A stretch of 62,920 bases of DNA, filler included, from Collodictyon triciliatum (GCA_043381765.1; 17 parts of 17 records of this genome joined end to end with filler, not necessarily neighbours in it), one strand, 5' to 3'; counted from the first letter of the whole stretch, positions 27,416 to 41,252 are shown. A program made the numbers and translations. The notes: generated by a model not told the origin, from the letters alone.

Positions 27416-29035
27416 ATGCATCCATTGCAGAGTACTCTGACTGGCAGCTCTACTTCCAGTGGGGGTAACATGTCCCTCAGCAACACACAAGATGAGTCCG
27501 ACAATTCAACCCGCCTATCCGACAAACAATCCCGTGAGAGTAACCCCGGTAAAATATGGTCACCGTCATTCACACAAATCACAGACTCACTTGCAGAATA
27601 CAACAAAGGTGTTTCGGAATATAATGGTGGAAATTTTCATCTCGGGATGGAGATTTTAGAACCTCTTGCTCAACAAGGCTATGAAAGCGCTCAAAACTTT
27701 ATTCAAAGGAAACTTGAGAGTTACCAAGAGACTTTCCAAATCGCTATATCTTCTTACATCAGTCACAACTTTGCCAAATCTCTAGAATATTTCAATGTGT
27801 GTCTGGTTTTGTATCCACAGTTTGCAGCTGCTTGCGTAGGGGTTATCATGAATGTACAGCAAAATCCAAAACTTGCTCCTATTTCTAATGAAATGACGGT
27901 GGAGGAGGACATGATCAACATTATTCGTCTCGCCCCTGACAGATTGATTGATACCTCTATAGCTTTCGTCACTGGACTCCTCGAGCGATACAGACCCAAA
28001 AACCCGACCTATGCGGCCGCTTGTTCGGCCATATTGGGTGGAATCCAACAATACAAAGCCAATCAAGAGCTGGCATATTCGCTCTTTGAATATGCAGCGT
28101 CTAACAAAAACAACTTTGGTCGATGTCGTGTTGCAGAGATATTGCGCAGCACAAGCTCCCCTCACAAAAACTACGCCAAAGCCATTGAGCTCTTGCATAT
28201 GGCCTCACAAGATGGAAATGCTAATGCGGACGCCCAGCTCGGATATTGCTTGTATTTTGGGATCGGATTGCCTATCAACCTGGAGGATGCATACGAATAC
28301 TACCTTCGGGCAGCAGAGAAGCGCGACCCAGACGGGCTTCACAATGTAGCCATGTGTTACATGTCAGGCAAAGGCATTCAAGCAAATGTGGGAAAAGGCA
28401 TCACTTACCTCCTCCAGAGCGCAGAGCTTGGTCATAGTAAATCGCAGCTGAAAATCGCCGAGTGCTACTTCCGCGGCACAGGAATGAAGAAGGACTACCA
28501 AGAAGCTGCAAAATGGTACTCGAGAATATCTGCCCATGATTGCCTCAAACTCGCGTACAAGAGACTCGGAGAGATACACGAACAAGGTCTAGGGACAGAC
28601 AAGTCACTCACAGAGGCCTTAAAGTACTATCGGAAAGCCGCAGACCTTAAATGTGGGCCATCACAGTTTAAGGTTGCAGAGGCCCACATCTACGCCGAAA
28701 TCGAATCCAACAGCGAGGGTGACGGGTATAGATATCTGATGGAAGCTGCGAAGCAATCTGAGCCCAATGCATTACATATGGCTGGGCTTCTGTCGTCGAA
28801 GGGGACTTTCATGCCGCTGGACAAGAAAAAAGCATTTGAGTACCATCTGCAAGCTGCAAATATGAACCATGTGGCCTCTCAGGTGATTGTGGGTGATTGC
28901 TACCTGGAAGGATGTGGGGTGAATAAGGATTATGTCCAGGCTGCGGAATGGTACAATCGGGCTTCGAAACAGAAGAGCGAAGTTGCTGCGTCTCGCCTCC
29001 AGCAGATGAGGTTTGGTGGGTGTCGAATCATGTAG
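27416..29035 (+). CDS. SEL1-like repeat protein (539 aa, intronless)
   Basis: Repeated AQLGYCLYFGIG..NLEDAYEYYLRAAE and SQLKIAECYFRGTGMKKDYQEAAKWY units. Confidence 0.93.
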   Translation: MHPLQSTLTGSSTSSGGNMSLSNTQDESDNSTRLSDKQSRESNPGKIWSPSFTQITDSLAEYNKGVSEYNGGNFHLGMEILEPLAQQGYESAQNFIQRKLESYQETFQIAISSYISHNFAKSLEYFNVCLVLYPQFAAACVGVIMNVQQNPKLAPISNEMTVEEDMINIIRLAPDRLIDTSIAFVTGLLERYRPKNPTYAAACSAILGGIQQYKANQELAYSLFEYAASNKNNFGRCRVAEILRSTSSPHKNYAKAIELLHMASQDGNANADAQLGYCLYFGIGLPINLEDAYEYYLRAAEKRDPDGLHNVAMCYMSGKGIQANVGKGITYLLQSAELGHSKSQLKIAECYFRGTGMKKDYQEAAKWYSRISAHDCLKLAYKRLGEIHEQGLGTDKSLTEALKYYRKAADLKCGPSQFKVAEAHIYAEIESNSEGDGYRYLMEAAKQSEPNALHMAGLLSSKGTFMPLDKKKAFEYHLQAANMNHVASQVIVGDCYLEGCGVNKDYVQAAEWYNRASKQKSEVAASRLQQMRFGGCRIM

Positions 29036-29177
29036 CACTTTGAAGCCAACTTGTTGTGTTGTTATTGCATCGGCTGTTTGTTCGGTCGTGCCTTTGGATG
29101 GGAATAAAGATTTATAAGTCATTATTGTTAATTATGCAATTTTTTCTTGTCTTGCTTTTCTTGCTTTTCTCGCCTTT

Positions 29178-29272
<95 letters not shown>

Positions 29273-30214
29273 TTTTTTTTTTGTTGTTTTTTTATTGTTG
29301 TTTTTTATTGTTGTTTTTTNNNNNNNNNNNNNNNNNNNNNNNNNNNNNNNNNNNNNNNNNNNNTTAATTAATTAANNNNNNNNNNNNNNNNNNNNNNNNN
29401 NNNNNNNNNNNNNNNNNNNTTTTTTTTTGGAGGGGGTTTTAAGGGTTTGGATTATTATTGCGATCAGCGCACGAAATCGATTAAACTGTTTCAAGCTATT
29501 TGAGAATCTGAAAGAGAAATTAGTGCGCGGTACAGAGTGCCTGTCAAAGTCATGAAAAGCAACAACCTTTTCGCACGAGGCCGCACAAGCCACTCGCCAT
29601 ATCAGAGTTCAGTAAAGCACACAGCATGGTACATAATTTACTGAGCGTGAAGATAATGCCCTCTAAGATTCCTCTCTTCTCCCATGGATAGATATGCCTT
29701 TTTTTAAAATATATAATCCCATAAAAACTAATAATTAGGGAATCAACCCCGGATGGGCTTTTTGGCATAAAAACTAGGTAACAGCTCCTAGAAACTTTCC
29801 CCTTCGCTGATTAAGTATTGTTTTTCACGTCGTTATTGTTGGTCGCATTAACATCAAACCAACCTTTTAATAATAATAAAAAAAAAGTGAAAAAAAAGTG
29901 AAAAAAGTAACTTTAATTATAGATTTATTCGTTTGCATAGAAATGTGTATGTGGATAAATAATATGAAATAAAAAAAAACGTGAAAGACATGTTGAAATA
30001 CAAAGGACAAATGCCTTGATGGCTCTTGGAAATGTAAGAGTTTTTTTTTTAAACGAGAGAAATGAAGAGTTCAGTAGGCAGGTAGGTTAGATAACTAATG
30101 GACTAAATAATGCTTTCATGTCAGAGAGGACAGGAAGAGCCAAGAAACATCACATAATAAATCACCATCAAACGCCACACCGAACGACAGATTGTGCTGC
30201 CGTTATTAGATAAT

Positions 30215-31227
30215 TTAAAGATCTTCGAATAGTTCAATGAACTTCTTCTCAATCATGTGTGGGTCTCCACGAAGCATCTGGTACGCCCCTGGGCAGTAGA
30301 GCTCAGCCAAACCCAAGAGTATGTTGTAGTCTTCATCCGATTGTATTTTCATATTTGCCTGTTCGATTCCATTTCGTGTTAACGACAAAAGGGGTTGATG
30401 ATAAAATGCCCCGGTCTCATAAAATAAATTATCAATATTCATTCCAGAAAATAGTTAAAAAGTATATTACGACCAATGGAACCAAGAGGACTACCTTCAT
30501 TAAGCTCCTATCTCTGTCATTAAGAATGAGTGGTCCTCTGTACCCTCCCGCTAGACTTTGGTGAATACATCGTTTGGTGATATGATTCCGGTTAAAGTTA
30601 TATGTTAAAAATATTTCAGATAAGTAGGTTGTTTACGTCCATTGGAGAACAGGAGGAAAAAAAAAAACAACTAATATTTTATAATTGATGTATATATGGT
30701 AAGATATGCTTACAAGGCACTCTGAGCAAAATTGATCATAAAAACTGCCCGATTCACAAGATGTCTCATAAAATTCCATATAATTGCTTGGTGTAAATAC
30801 TTTGGAGAGCGTACAATCTGTGTCCGCGATTGTCAAACGGATAATAGAAAAAAGTGAATGGGCATACTGTTCAGAATAAAGTCTATAATGTGCCTTTTAC
30901 ATTATTATAATTATGATTAGTATTTTATTATTAATGTTACAAAAGAATTTGACTAAAGTAATGGATACATGTTCGACTAGTTCTACGACCATAGGCGCCA
31001 CTTTGTCAACTTCCGATATAAAGTCACCTCTGGTCGTTTTCATCCCACAGGCGTAGATATAGAAACATATCATGAAGTAGTGGGTTTAGATGATATTGAT
31101 AACCGCATGGTATGTATCAGACAATATATACTTTGATACAAACCTTTCTTGTGCAATTGGTATTTCTGTGATAAATCCTTTGTATGATTGAGGATTTTCC
31201 TCCAGGAATGTCTCAACTTGAATTTGA
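30215..31227 (-). CDS. Exons of an unknown protein (3' part)
   Basis: Short open exons, e.g. NYMEFYETSCESGSFYDQFCSEC and NLFYETGAFYHQPLL...LFEDL*. No family recognised. Confidence 0.3.
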
Positions 31228-33524
31228 NNNNNNNNNNNNNNNNNNNNNNNNNNNNNNNNNNNNNNNNNNNNNNNNNNNNNNNNNNNNNNNNNNNNNNNNN
31301 NNNNNNNNNNNNNNNNNNNNNNNNNNNNNNNNNNNNNNNNNNNNNNNNNNNNNNNNNNNNNNNNNNNNNNNNNNNNNNNNNNNNNNNNNNNNNNNNNNNN
31401 NNNNNNNNNNNNNNNNNNNNNNNNNNNNNNNNNNNNNNNNNNNNNNNNNNNNNNNNNNNNNNNNNNNNNNNNNNNNNNNNNNNNNNNNNNNNNNNNNNNN
31501 NNNNNNNNNNNNNNNNNNNNNNNNNNNNNNNNNNNNNNNNNNNNNNNNNNNNNNNNNNNNNNNNNNNNNNNNNNNNNNNNNNNNNNNNNNNNNNNNNNNN
31601 NNNNNNNNNNNNNNNNNNNNNNNNNNNNNNNNNNNNNNNNNNNNNNNNNNNNNNNNNNNNNNNNNNNNNNNNNNNNNNNNNNNNNNNNNNNNNNNNNNNN
31701 NNNNNNNNNNNNNNNNNNNNNNNNNNNNNNNNNNNNNNNNNNNNNNNNNNNNNNNNNNNNNNNNNNNNNNNNNNNNNNNNNNNNNNNNNNNNNNNNNNNN
31801 NNNNNNNNNNNNNNNNNNNNNNNNNNNNNNNTCACAATTTTGTTATTCATGTATATTCTGTATGTATTCCATAACTATAATCCAGATTTTGGGCTATAAA
31901 AATAATTTTTATTTATTTTTCCACAATTACTTTTATTATTTTTTACTGAAGATATCCCAATTTCGGATCGAAATCTCATCTCTGAGCCAAATTTGAAATA
32001 TTTATCTAAATAAAATAAATTGCTATTTGTAATAAAATACACTGAATTATCGTTTGTAAACTCGAAAAAAAAATTGCGCAAAAAAAAACAAACAAACAAT
32101 TTAAGATGAATCAAGCAGAGCATTTTTTTTAAAACACATCAACACAGCATACGTTGTGGCTTCCTGGATGCTGACCAGAGAAAGAGAAAAGAAAAAGAGA
32201 AAGAGAACGAGAAAGAGGAAAGAGAAAAGAGAAAAGAGNNNNNNNNNNNNNNNNNNNNNNNNNNNNNNNNNNNNNNNNNNNNTTAATTAATTAANNNNNN
32301 NNNNNNNNNNNNNNNNNNNNNNNNNNNNNNNNNNNNNNTGTTTTTTCATTATTTTTTTTTTTTATTCGCTGCTTAATTCATTCCAACTATCAGGCCTCCT
32401 TGGAGCCCCTTCTTAGTATGTCTTTGATGTGCCGCGATTCGGCGCTTTGATCGGATCACACAACTTTGTGTGACGAGAACAGGCCTTGGGGCTGCCACAG
32501 AACGGAGCTAACGGTTTCCATTCTAATATTCCACATTCGTGTAGCCCCCCATTCAGTTCAAGAATTCAATCATTCAAAAAATCCACTCGATTCAAAGGTT
32601 CAAACACGTATGGATCTGGGGGTGACAACACGGCCGAACTTGCGCTCTCGAAGTCTGCGAGAACACGGCCAAACGCCCTTTGAGACAATCATGACAGGCA
32701 CAAGTGGCTCGAGCTGCGGGCGTCCTTAGCCAACAGAGGGACCTTGAAAATACAAGTGTCCTCATGGCCTCCTTTTTTTTTCCTCGCTATTTGGTTATCT
32801 TGTTTTTTCTTTTCGTTCTTTTTCGTTCTTTTTCGTTCTTTTTCGTTCTTTTTCGTTCTTTTTCGTTCTTTTTCGTTCTTTTTCGTTCTTTTTCGTTCTT
32901 TTTCGTTCTTTTTCGTTCTTTTTCGTTCTTTTCTTCATTTTTTTTTTTGGCATTTGTTCCTCAGTGAGATCTTTGTTTTCTACTTCTACAATAATCTAAA
33001 AAAAAGCAGCCCAGCTGCATATCCAGGTGCTGTGAAAATACGACGGCTATTGCCTCAGTATGTTGGATTCTACGCCCGAAAAAAGCTCGGAAACCCCTGG
33101 ATTCTTCAGTACTTTACTCAAGACTCCTACGCTGTATGTAGTCAAAGCTGATTTTTCGTGCCTACGAGCAAATACGATGAACTTGTAACCTCTATGTTGA
33201 ACCCCCTTCATTTTTCTTAAACCTAAAAAAAAACGTTCTTTTTATCCAGATATGCACATATTTGCATTTCATAAATCAATATCGGTTTCTCTATTCAGAT
33301 AATCATATCTTTTGTGATTTTGTGTGATTTTTCGGTATCAGCCAATCGCGGGATAACTTTTTCCAACATTTATCATTCATACGTCCTTGTACAAATAAAT
33401 TGATGTGAATTATCCACGACCAACAGCATTCATATGCTTTTATAAAATACGTGATTCCCTTAGTTATGTCCGTCCCATAACCGCGCCCATTTTATTATGA
33501 ACCTCCCACAGGATTTATCGGTCT

Positions 33525-35953
33525 TTGTTCTCGCCATATTCTACCACAGACCAGCCATGCCACAATGTGGAACCTGCTTTATCAAAATCAGTTATGGAGG
33601 ACAAATCACCCAAAGACTCCTTTTTACCGATGACTAATGTTGAAAACTGCATGGAAAATCAGAAATTGGCTGTAAATAACGATGCAGTCTCGCTAAATGG
33701 TATCATGATAAGACAGTCAATATAGATATATGCATTGCTTGAAGTTATTGATTCGTTAATTACATGAATATGTAAAAAAAAAAATGGTATTTTATGTTAG
33801 TGAATCAGTTCGACTGTTGCATTTGAAGTGTTTTTTTTTTATTGTTCTTCTATAAAAGCACCATAATTCCTTGTTATAATCGATCTAATCTTGTGCAGTA
33901 TTTAATGTGGATCGCATGGAGAAAGATAATACTATTACTGTCAAGACTTCTCCAAAAAAACTATCATTTCATGTCGATTTGGAGAAGGAAACTGAAAAGT
34001 GCAGCCCGAAAAAGATCCTGAATCGAACGCCAATCGGTAGAAAGATGCGGCAAAAGATTGACTGGGACTTGTAAAATTATCTCTTTTTATTCTCATTTAC
34101 TATTTTCTTTTTATGTCTTTTTGTTCCTCTCTTTTTCCTTAATCATGATTTTCTCATTTATTGTGGACCCAGTTTTTTTTATTACATTGATACTAATCGC
34201 AAGGGACTATTTTCGGTAGGATACACGCTAAGCAATTCCAAAAGATGAAATCTATTACTGATATCCCAGTTCTACCATCTTCTGCGCACAAATTGGATAA
34301 AGTGAGCATGGTTGTATCATTCACAAATGCAATGCGCCGATGATTCATGTAGAAAATACTAAATATAATCCTTGCAACCCCAAATTATGAGCAGTTGGCC
34401 ATAACACCCACAATTTCTGCAGAAGAGACTCCAAAAAAAGTATATATCAACATGTGGTGGTTAATATCATCCAGTTCATTTTTTTTTTGTTTTTAGAGTA
34501 TCATGGTATATATCATTCTAATTTTTATTTTTTTGTATGAAGACTTATGTCATCCCACGTTATAATGTTCACATATCATAAGGTCGGCTTCAAACTTGAT
34601 GCTCCTGGGAAAGCGCTTATGTACAGCTCATTTGCATTATATGAATATGAAACATCCACCAAGAAATGAATTTTTCATATATTTATAACCTCTTTCATAG
34701 ATCCTTTCATTCTTTTCTTGAGAAAATGAATAATTAAATCATGTGTCCATCCACCCAATGCTGTACTTGAATGTGACAGGAACAAAGCCGTCTCCTCCAC
34801 AATATCTGCTCAACCCAGAAATCCTACCAATCTTGCTACTACTGACAACCGAAACCTTGCAAAGAAACCAGCAGGTAGACTAAATATAATGATGAATAAC
34901 ATTAAAATAATAATAATAATCATAGACTATCAACCCAAGAATCCACATATGATCCACTGTCGACAATACTTTATGATTTTGTTTTTTACAGTAACGAAGC
35001 GAGAGTATCATTTTAACACACAAACGAAGTCGTGTGCTATCACTAATCAAAGTTATATCTGCTACAGCAACGTCTTCGTCTGTCCCAGCGATGTCGAAAG
35101 TATCACAAATTACTCGCCCGCCGACAAGGATGAACACGACATGTACCCCCTCCGAAGCCAAGTCATTGGGTATTGTCCCAACCCCATCAGTTGCTCGCAC
35201 AGGTAATGTTGCATTATCAAATAAGCATAGAAATTAAAATCGTTCGGTTGAATTGAAGTATCAACACCCAATTACATTCTTCACAGTCTCCACCGTAATC
35301 ATTTTTTTTTAAAAAAAAAAGAAGAAAAAAAAAGACATTCCTCATCTACTGGTTCTATATTATTTTCAATATAAACTAGGGACTACAACCACGTCGCGTG
35401 CTGTTACAAAGCATCTTACAAACCCTCCTGTAAAATCTGTCACAAAATCCCATACAAAACCCCTTACAACCCCTCCTATCAAATCTGTCACGAAACCTAT
35501 TGCCAGCATAACCCTGCAGAAACCCCAACATCTATCAAGGGTGGCCACCAGTTCGATTAATAGTAATATAATCTATATATATATATATAATAAAAAAAAA
35601 AAACAATAACTGTTTTCAATTCTAAACGTACTTTATAAACCATTTGAAGATGAATTTATATCCTTTGGGCTGATAAAATTGTTTCTGTGTGCCTCTTTGT
35701 GATGTATATCCTCATCCCACATTACGCCAGCTCCAGCCGAAAAATCGAAGCAAATACCCGACACGAGAGCCATGAAGCCAACCGCCACAAGGATAACAAA
35801 AACGTCATCAACCCAGCGCTTGGAGTCATATGGGTCGGCCGTCCAAGAGAGACGCACAAACGTGATGCACACTCGCAGGACTTCAGAAGTCTGATTGGAG
35901 CTACCAATCTCCAATCACCACAAAAAAAAAAAACCCAAGACACCAACTTCTGA
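33525..35953 (+). CDS. Exons of a Thr/Ser/Pro/Lys-rich low-complexity protein
   Basis: GT-AG bounded open segments such as TKSHTKPLTTPPIKSVTKP. Gene structure uncertain. Confidence 0.3.
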
Positions 35954-36241
35954 GAAGTATTCTGAAATACCGTGTGAGTAAAAGGAATAAATAACAAAAA
36001 GTTGCAGGGTTCGTTTGTTTCTTTTTTCTTTTTTCTTTTTTCTTTCTTTTCTTTTCTTTTCTTTTCTTTTCTTTTCTTTTCTTTTCTTTTCTTTTCTTTT
36101 CTTTTCTTTTCTTTTCTTTTCTTTTCTGTTTTCTTTTTTTTNNNNNNNNNNNNNNNNNNNNNNNNNNNNNNNNNNNNNNNNNNNNTTAATTAATTAANNN
36201 NNNNNNNNNNNNNNNNNNNNNNNNNNNNNNNNNNNNNNNNN

Positions 36242-36499
36242 GCAGCGCGCTTGAAGAAGATTTCGACGCTCTGCAGAAAGTCTGCGTCGCCCTGGGCTGT
36301 GGTGCTGGACATGGCACGTCCAAGGGCCGGGCTGCATTGTTTGAGAAAAAGGGTGAACATGTATGATTATGAGAGGGGAGGGGAGAATAGCAGGCTGCAT
36401 TTGGGGAATGGACAAGTGAACAGGGGCGGAAAGCGGGCTGGATTCGGGGAATGAAGGAGCGGGCGCATACCGTCCAGCGAGGAAGCGGGAGAGTGACAT
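36242..36499 (-). CDS. GDH: Mitochondrial glutamate dehydrogenase, 5' fragment
   Basis: Spliced MSLSRFLAGR|PALGRAMSSTTAQGDADFLQSVEIFFKRAA: a transit peptide followed by a segment resembling the GLUD1 N-terminal helix (FFKMVEGFFDRGA). Confidence 0.7.
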
Positions 36500-37803
36500 T
36501 TGGCGAGCGGCTTTGGCTGGTGGCGATCTATGGATGTGCAAGAGTGAGTGGCTCAGTGGCGTCGCTTCGCTTGATGACTCTTTCGTGGCTTGCGGCTTGT
36601 TTGCGGCTCTTTGCTCTCGTCCAAGGGGATTGTGCTTGGTGATGGACGGAGCCAAGGACAAGCGCAGGAACAGACGCCTGCCATAGTGCTGAAGGACGCC
36701 GAGAGACTGGGTGGTTATATATCCGTGGCCCTGTGTCTTTGGTCATTGCGTGGACAGGGCGAGACATAGGACGACCCGCCAGCAAAACCTGCCTTTCGTT
36801 TATAAGGCGGCCACCCCGGCGGTGCGTCGCGCTTTATACCATCTCCGTCGGTTTTTATAACGCCACTGAACGAAGCGGTTTTTTTTTAAAAAAAAAAATG
36901 GAAAAAAAATTATATATAGTGGTTATAAGACTTGAAGAATTGAAAACGAAGGGAAAAAAATGAAATGAAATAATAAACAAATATCCTCTCAGGACAGGAA
37001 CATATACACACAAATAAAACAGATTGGAAAATATAGTGGGAAAAATGGATATCCCGGGCGTCTCTTCATTTTGTCCCTTGGAGGAAGGCTTCGGTGGTTG
37101 TGTCTCCACTTGTTGTGCTATATTTTTCAATTTCTTGCTCCACTTTTGGCCATTTTGTGACTTTTCGTGCGGGCGGGTTTGAATAAAAAAAGCCATTGAA
37201 GTGGGTGTTTCTTGTGCGTTCGATTCCTTCTTGCTGTCTTTTGTGTCTCTGGAATACTGTCCCCATATCTGCTTCCTTAACGCTCCCACGTGGTGCATTC
37301 CCATCTGAATTTTCATTGAATGCATCCCTCATTGGACAGACCACAACCCGTTGTCTAATGTCCACACCTGGATATATCATATAATCCTTTCTCTCCTTAA
37401 TGTGGAATATAGTGTATTTTTGCCATCCCGCCCTCACTCCCTACAGCCACCAAAAGTCACGGGAGAATAATGTTCTGCGGAGGGATCAAAGAATATGCTC
37501 CTCCTGGCACATATAGCCCTCGTGTTCCCGGGTTAGAGCACGCATACAAACAGCTCCGATCGGCAATGAGTATCTATGTGTGTTGGTTTCATTTACACAC
37601 TCACACTCACACTCACACTCACACTCACACTCACACTCACACTCACACTCACACTCACACTCACACTCACACTCACACTCACACTCACACTTTCTTCAAT
37701 TAGAGGTGCTTGGCAAATTTACTAGTGAAACATTGTGCTAGTCGTGACAAGAAAGAAAAGGCGAAGGACTTGTGAAAGCAAAAGGTGAATCAGGAGAAAG
37801 AGC

Positions 37804-38247
37804 TTAAGCGGGTGTTCCGGAGCCATTGTATTTGCTGACGGCCTTTGTGCCTTCCGAGACGGCGTGCTTGGCCAGCTCTCCGGGCAGAATCAGACGGACA
37901 GATGTCTGAACCTCACGCGAGGTCAGAGTCCCGCGCTTGTTGATGCGGGCAAGACGGCCGGCTTCGGAGGCAATGCGGTCGAAGGTGTCGTTGATGAACG
38001 AATTCATGATGGCCATTGCGCGCTGCGAGATTCCTGTCTTGGGGTGGACTTGCTGCAGCACTTTGTAGATGTAGGACGAGTATGTCTCGGCACGCTTGGT
38101 GCGACGCTTCTTGACTTCCGACGAGTCCGTACTCGACTTCTTGACGGTCTTGGAGGCAACCTTCTCGGGCGCGGCGGTGCCTTCCTTGGCTGCTGATGTG
38201 GCGGGTGACTTCGAGGGCTTCTTTCCGGCTCCGGGCTTGGGTGGCAT
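37804..38247 (-). CDS. H2B: Histone H2B
   Basis: [16 protein letters not shown]...[31 protein letters not shown]. Confidence 0.98.
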   Translation of the reverse strand: MPPKPGAGKKPSKSPATSAAKEGTAAPEKVASKTVKKSSTDSSEVKKRRTKRAETYSSYIYKVLQQVHPKTGISQRAMAIMNSFINDTFDRIASEAGRLARINKRGTLTSREVQTSVRLILPGELAKHAVSEGTKAVSKYNGSGTPA

Positions 38248-39334
38248 TGTGCTTGTGTGGTGTCGGTCTTGTTCTTGGTTGGGTAGGTCTATGACTCTGG
38301 CTCTTCGGCTGTGTTTCCGGCGGTTGGGATACTGTGATAAAAAGTGATTTTCTGGTTGAACAGCGGGCTTTGTAATTTTGGTTCTTATATGACTCGATAA
38401 TTCACTTTAGGAAAAATTTGGATCTGGACTCAATTTTATCCATATTAATATTCCGCATATAGATAAATTGAAATTTCTTTCAATAATTGTGTTTTACCTA
38501 AATGTAGAAATCTTTGGCAGTGTGCTTTCGGGGCTCTTTTCGCGGTGTGTTGTGTGGTGGTTGGTGGGTGCTGTGGTGTAATTGCAAAATCTTTATTCAT
38601 TACTACGCGCTGAATATGCAACGGCAGGCGTAATGTGTAATGGGTAAGAAAGAAAGAAATGGTCTGCGCAGGCATCCTGTTACAAGGCGAATTGTGCTCA
38701 CTTTTTACCACAGTGCGGGGACAGATTTAGGTCTCCTGGCCGCATTTTATTTGCTCTTGCCTCTTTCTATTTATTTTGTATTTTTATTTATTTTTATTTA
38801 TTTTTATTTTTTTTTTGTTTTGCATGTTTGCTTGCTTTCCTTAGTTCAATGTTGGCGTCAAAATTTTTGGAAATATAGGCAGGCGAGGAGAATTAGCGAG
38901 GCGGAAAGATGTAGTAAACATACAGAGTTGTTGGGTAATTGGAAGATTGCCTGAACTAGTCATGTTGAAATATGCCTAAGCTTGGGTATGACCTACACAA
39001 AAACACTGCTACCATATTCGCAGGCGCCATTAATTTACTTATCCAAGATTTGTATATAGATACATAATGGCATACTTATTTGTAATATAAGTTGTCATGG
39101 TCATGCAGATAGAAATATTACTATTCAGAATGCAATATATTCCACATTCGAATAAAGGAATCAGTCAAATTCAATCAAACTTATTCATGGAATATTCCTC
39201 GCCGTGTAGGTTGATCACGCGCAAGGGCTACCACGACTCTATTGAGTCCAAAGGAAATAACACAGACGCGTCGAGGAGTATGTAAGACCAGGAGGTAGAC
39301 GTCTTAACATACGCTAAGAAACACTAGGCCTAAG

Positions 39335-40821
39335 ATGTCTGGAAAACAAGCCCCGGTTGCAAACCCAGCAATCTACTTTTACATTCCCAACCTCATTGGT
39401 GAGCTGGCCCTTATGCACATCTGTTTTTTCTCTTTTTTTTTTTTAAAAAAAAGGTTTCTCTTTCCACGTTATTACTACTATAATTACCTTTAATTACACA
39501 ATCATTCCCAATATCATGTCTTTTAGTACTAGATTTTCACAGCCCTTCTATACCGCATAGAATGGTTTCAGTGTATCTCAGTTTGAGTAAAGCCCGACCG
39601 AATTCTTAACGCTTCTAAAACATTTTTCCTGTATGACAGGGTATGTCCGCGTCATTCTGATGTTTGTGTCATTCCACTACGCACTCACTGACTGGAAGAT
39701 CTTCACCGCGGCGTATGCTGTGAGCTACTTGCTGGATGCCTTGGACGGAACTGCAGCTCGCTACTTTAACCAAAGTCTCACGCCTATGTGCCTTGTGTTA
39801 TTTTTCTTTTGTTGCCACCATCATAAATGGCCATATTTCCTTTTTTTTTTTAATCCCTTTATTTGCATAGCCTTTTTCATGTAATGTCTTTAAGCCATGA
39901 AGTAGTCGATTCATCACCGTGTTCGTTCATTTTGTCGTCTATTGCTACATCTACTTCTTACGTTCAACCTTTTCTAAACATGGCCACATTGTATCTTTTT
40001 ATTTACTTGATGCAGATTCGGACTTTGGGGCTGTGCTGGACATGATCACTGACCGCAGCTCGACCCTGGGGTTGCTCGTTATTCTGAGCCACATTTACCC
40101 GCAATTGCTTTTTGCCGTGTGCTCTGTTTGCGCCTTGGACGTCAGCAGCCACTATGCGCAGATGTACAGCTCAATGCGCTCGGGTTCTACAAGCCATAAG
40201 AAGCTGAGCAAGGATCGTGTATGCCCTTCCTTCTTTACCCTATTTCTCTCCTGTCCTTTGATCATATCACAAAGAATCTTTATGGGTTCGTGAACTCATT
40301 TTCATTTAGTCTTAAACCGAAAAATAACTGTCTGATTGTGTTTTTCTAAAGTGGGGAGACTCTTTTCTTACTACGAATATTACCCATGCACGTACGTATT
40401 TATTCACGCACCCGATTGTAATATATTCGTCAGTCATGGATTCTACGCCAATACTACGAAAGCCGTGTTGTGTTGTTCTGGGTTTGCTTTGGACAGGAGG
40501 CGTTTCTTCTTGGACTTTACTTCCGCCATTACTGGACAGGGGCTGTGCTCACCGTGCTTCAGGGATTCGCCATCACGTCTGTTTTTCTGTCACCGTCACC
40601 GTCACCGTCACCGTCACCGTCACCATCACCATCACCATCACCATCACCATCACCATCACAGTCTCAATATATATATATATATATATTTCAATCACAATCA
40701 CAGGTACATCGACGCGTGGATTCTGTTCTGGGCCCCGATATTCCTGCTTAAGCAAGGCATCAGTGTGGTACAACTCGGTGGGGCGATGGACCAGCTTACC
40801 TACAAAGTCAGCCAAGCATAA
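39335..40821 (+). CDS. PIS1: Phosphatidylinositol synthase (CDP-alcohol phosphatidyltransferase), spliced
   Basis: YIPNLI|GYVR, LLDALDGTAARYFNQ, FGAVLDMITDR, LDVSSHYAQMYSS, SHKK, WILRQYY, LKQGISVVQL. Confidence 0.95.
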
Positions 40822-41058
40822 AGCCATTGGGATTACCCACACCTGACAAGCACTTCCAGAAAAGAAAAACAAAACTGTGAAGTTTTAAGATTAGTTGAGG
40901 AAACAAAATATGTCGCACAACAAGATAATTCAACTTATAGAGACTGCTCAGGTGCTGATTCTGGTGATGCTGTGGAAACCGTATGCCGCGTGGGGGTTGT
41001 GCTGTGGGTGTTTAACCTCTATTCCCCGAAATGGCGCGTGTGCAAGTTTCAAAAAGAA

Positions 41059-41129
41059 TGCATTGTCCGGGAATCGAACCCGGGTCGACAGCTTGGAAGG
41101 CTATCATGCTGCCACTACACCAACAATGC
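41059..41129 (-). tRNA. tRNA-Gly (TCC)
   Basis: GCATTGT/ACAATGC acceptor stem, anticodon arm ATAGC-CTTCCAA-GCTGT, GGTTCGATTCC T-loop and a downstream T-run. Confidence 0.97.
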
Positions 41130-41150
41130 TTCTTGGAATAAAACCAATGA

Positions 41151-41252
41151 GTTACATACTTGAAATCGTTACATACTTGAAATCGTTACATACTTGAAAT
41201 CGTTACATACTTGAAATCGTTACATACTTGAAATCGTTACATACTTGAAATC
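41151..41252. repeat. 17-bp minisatellite GTTACATACTTGAAATC x6
   Basis: Six perfect copies starting 21 nt upstream of the tRNA. Confidence 0.97.

Noticed and set aside
31228-31831. Long ORFs in the ORF track
   Set aside because: They span a scaffold N gap.
37780-37803. Metazoan-type histone 3' stem-loop after H2B
   Set aside because: GCTCTTTC is present but has no complementary arm.
41151-41252. Possible CRISPR-like array
   Set aside because: Contiguous identical units with no spacers, in a eukaryotic context.
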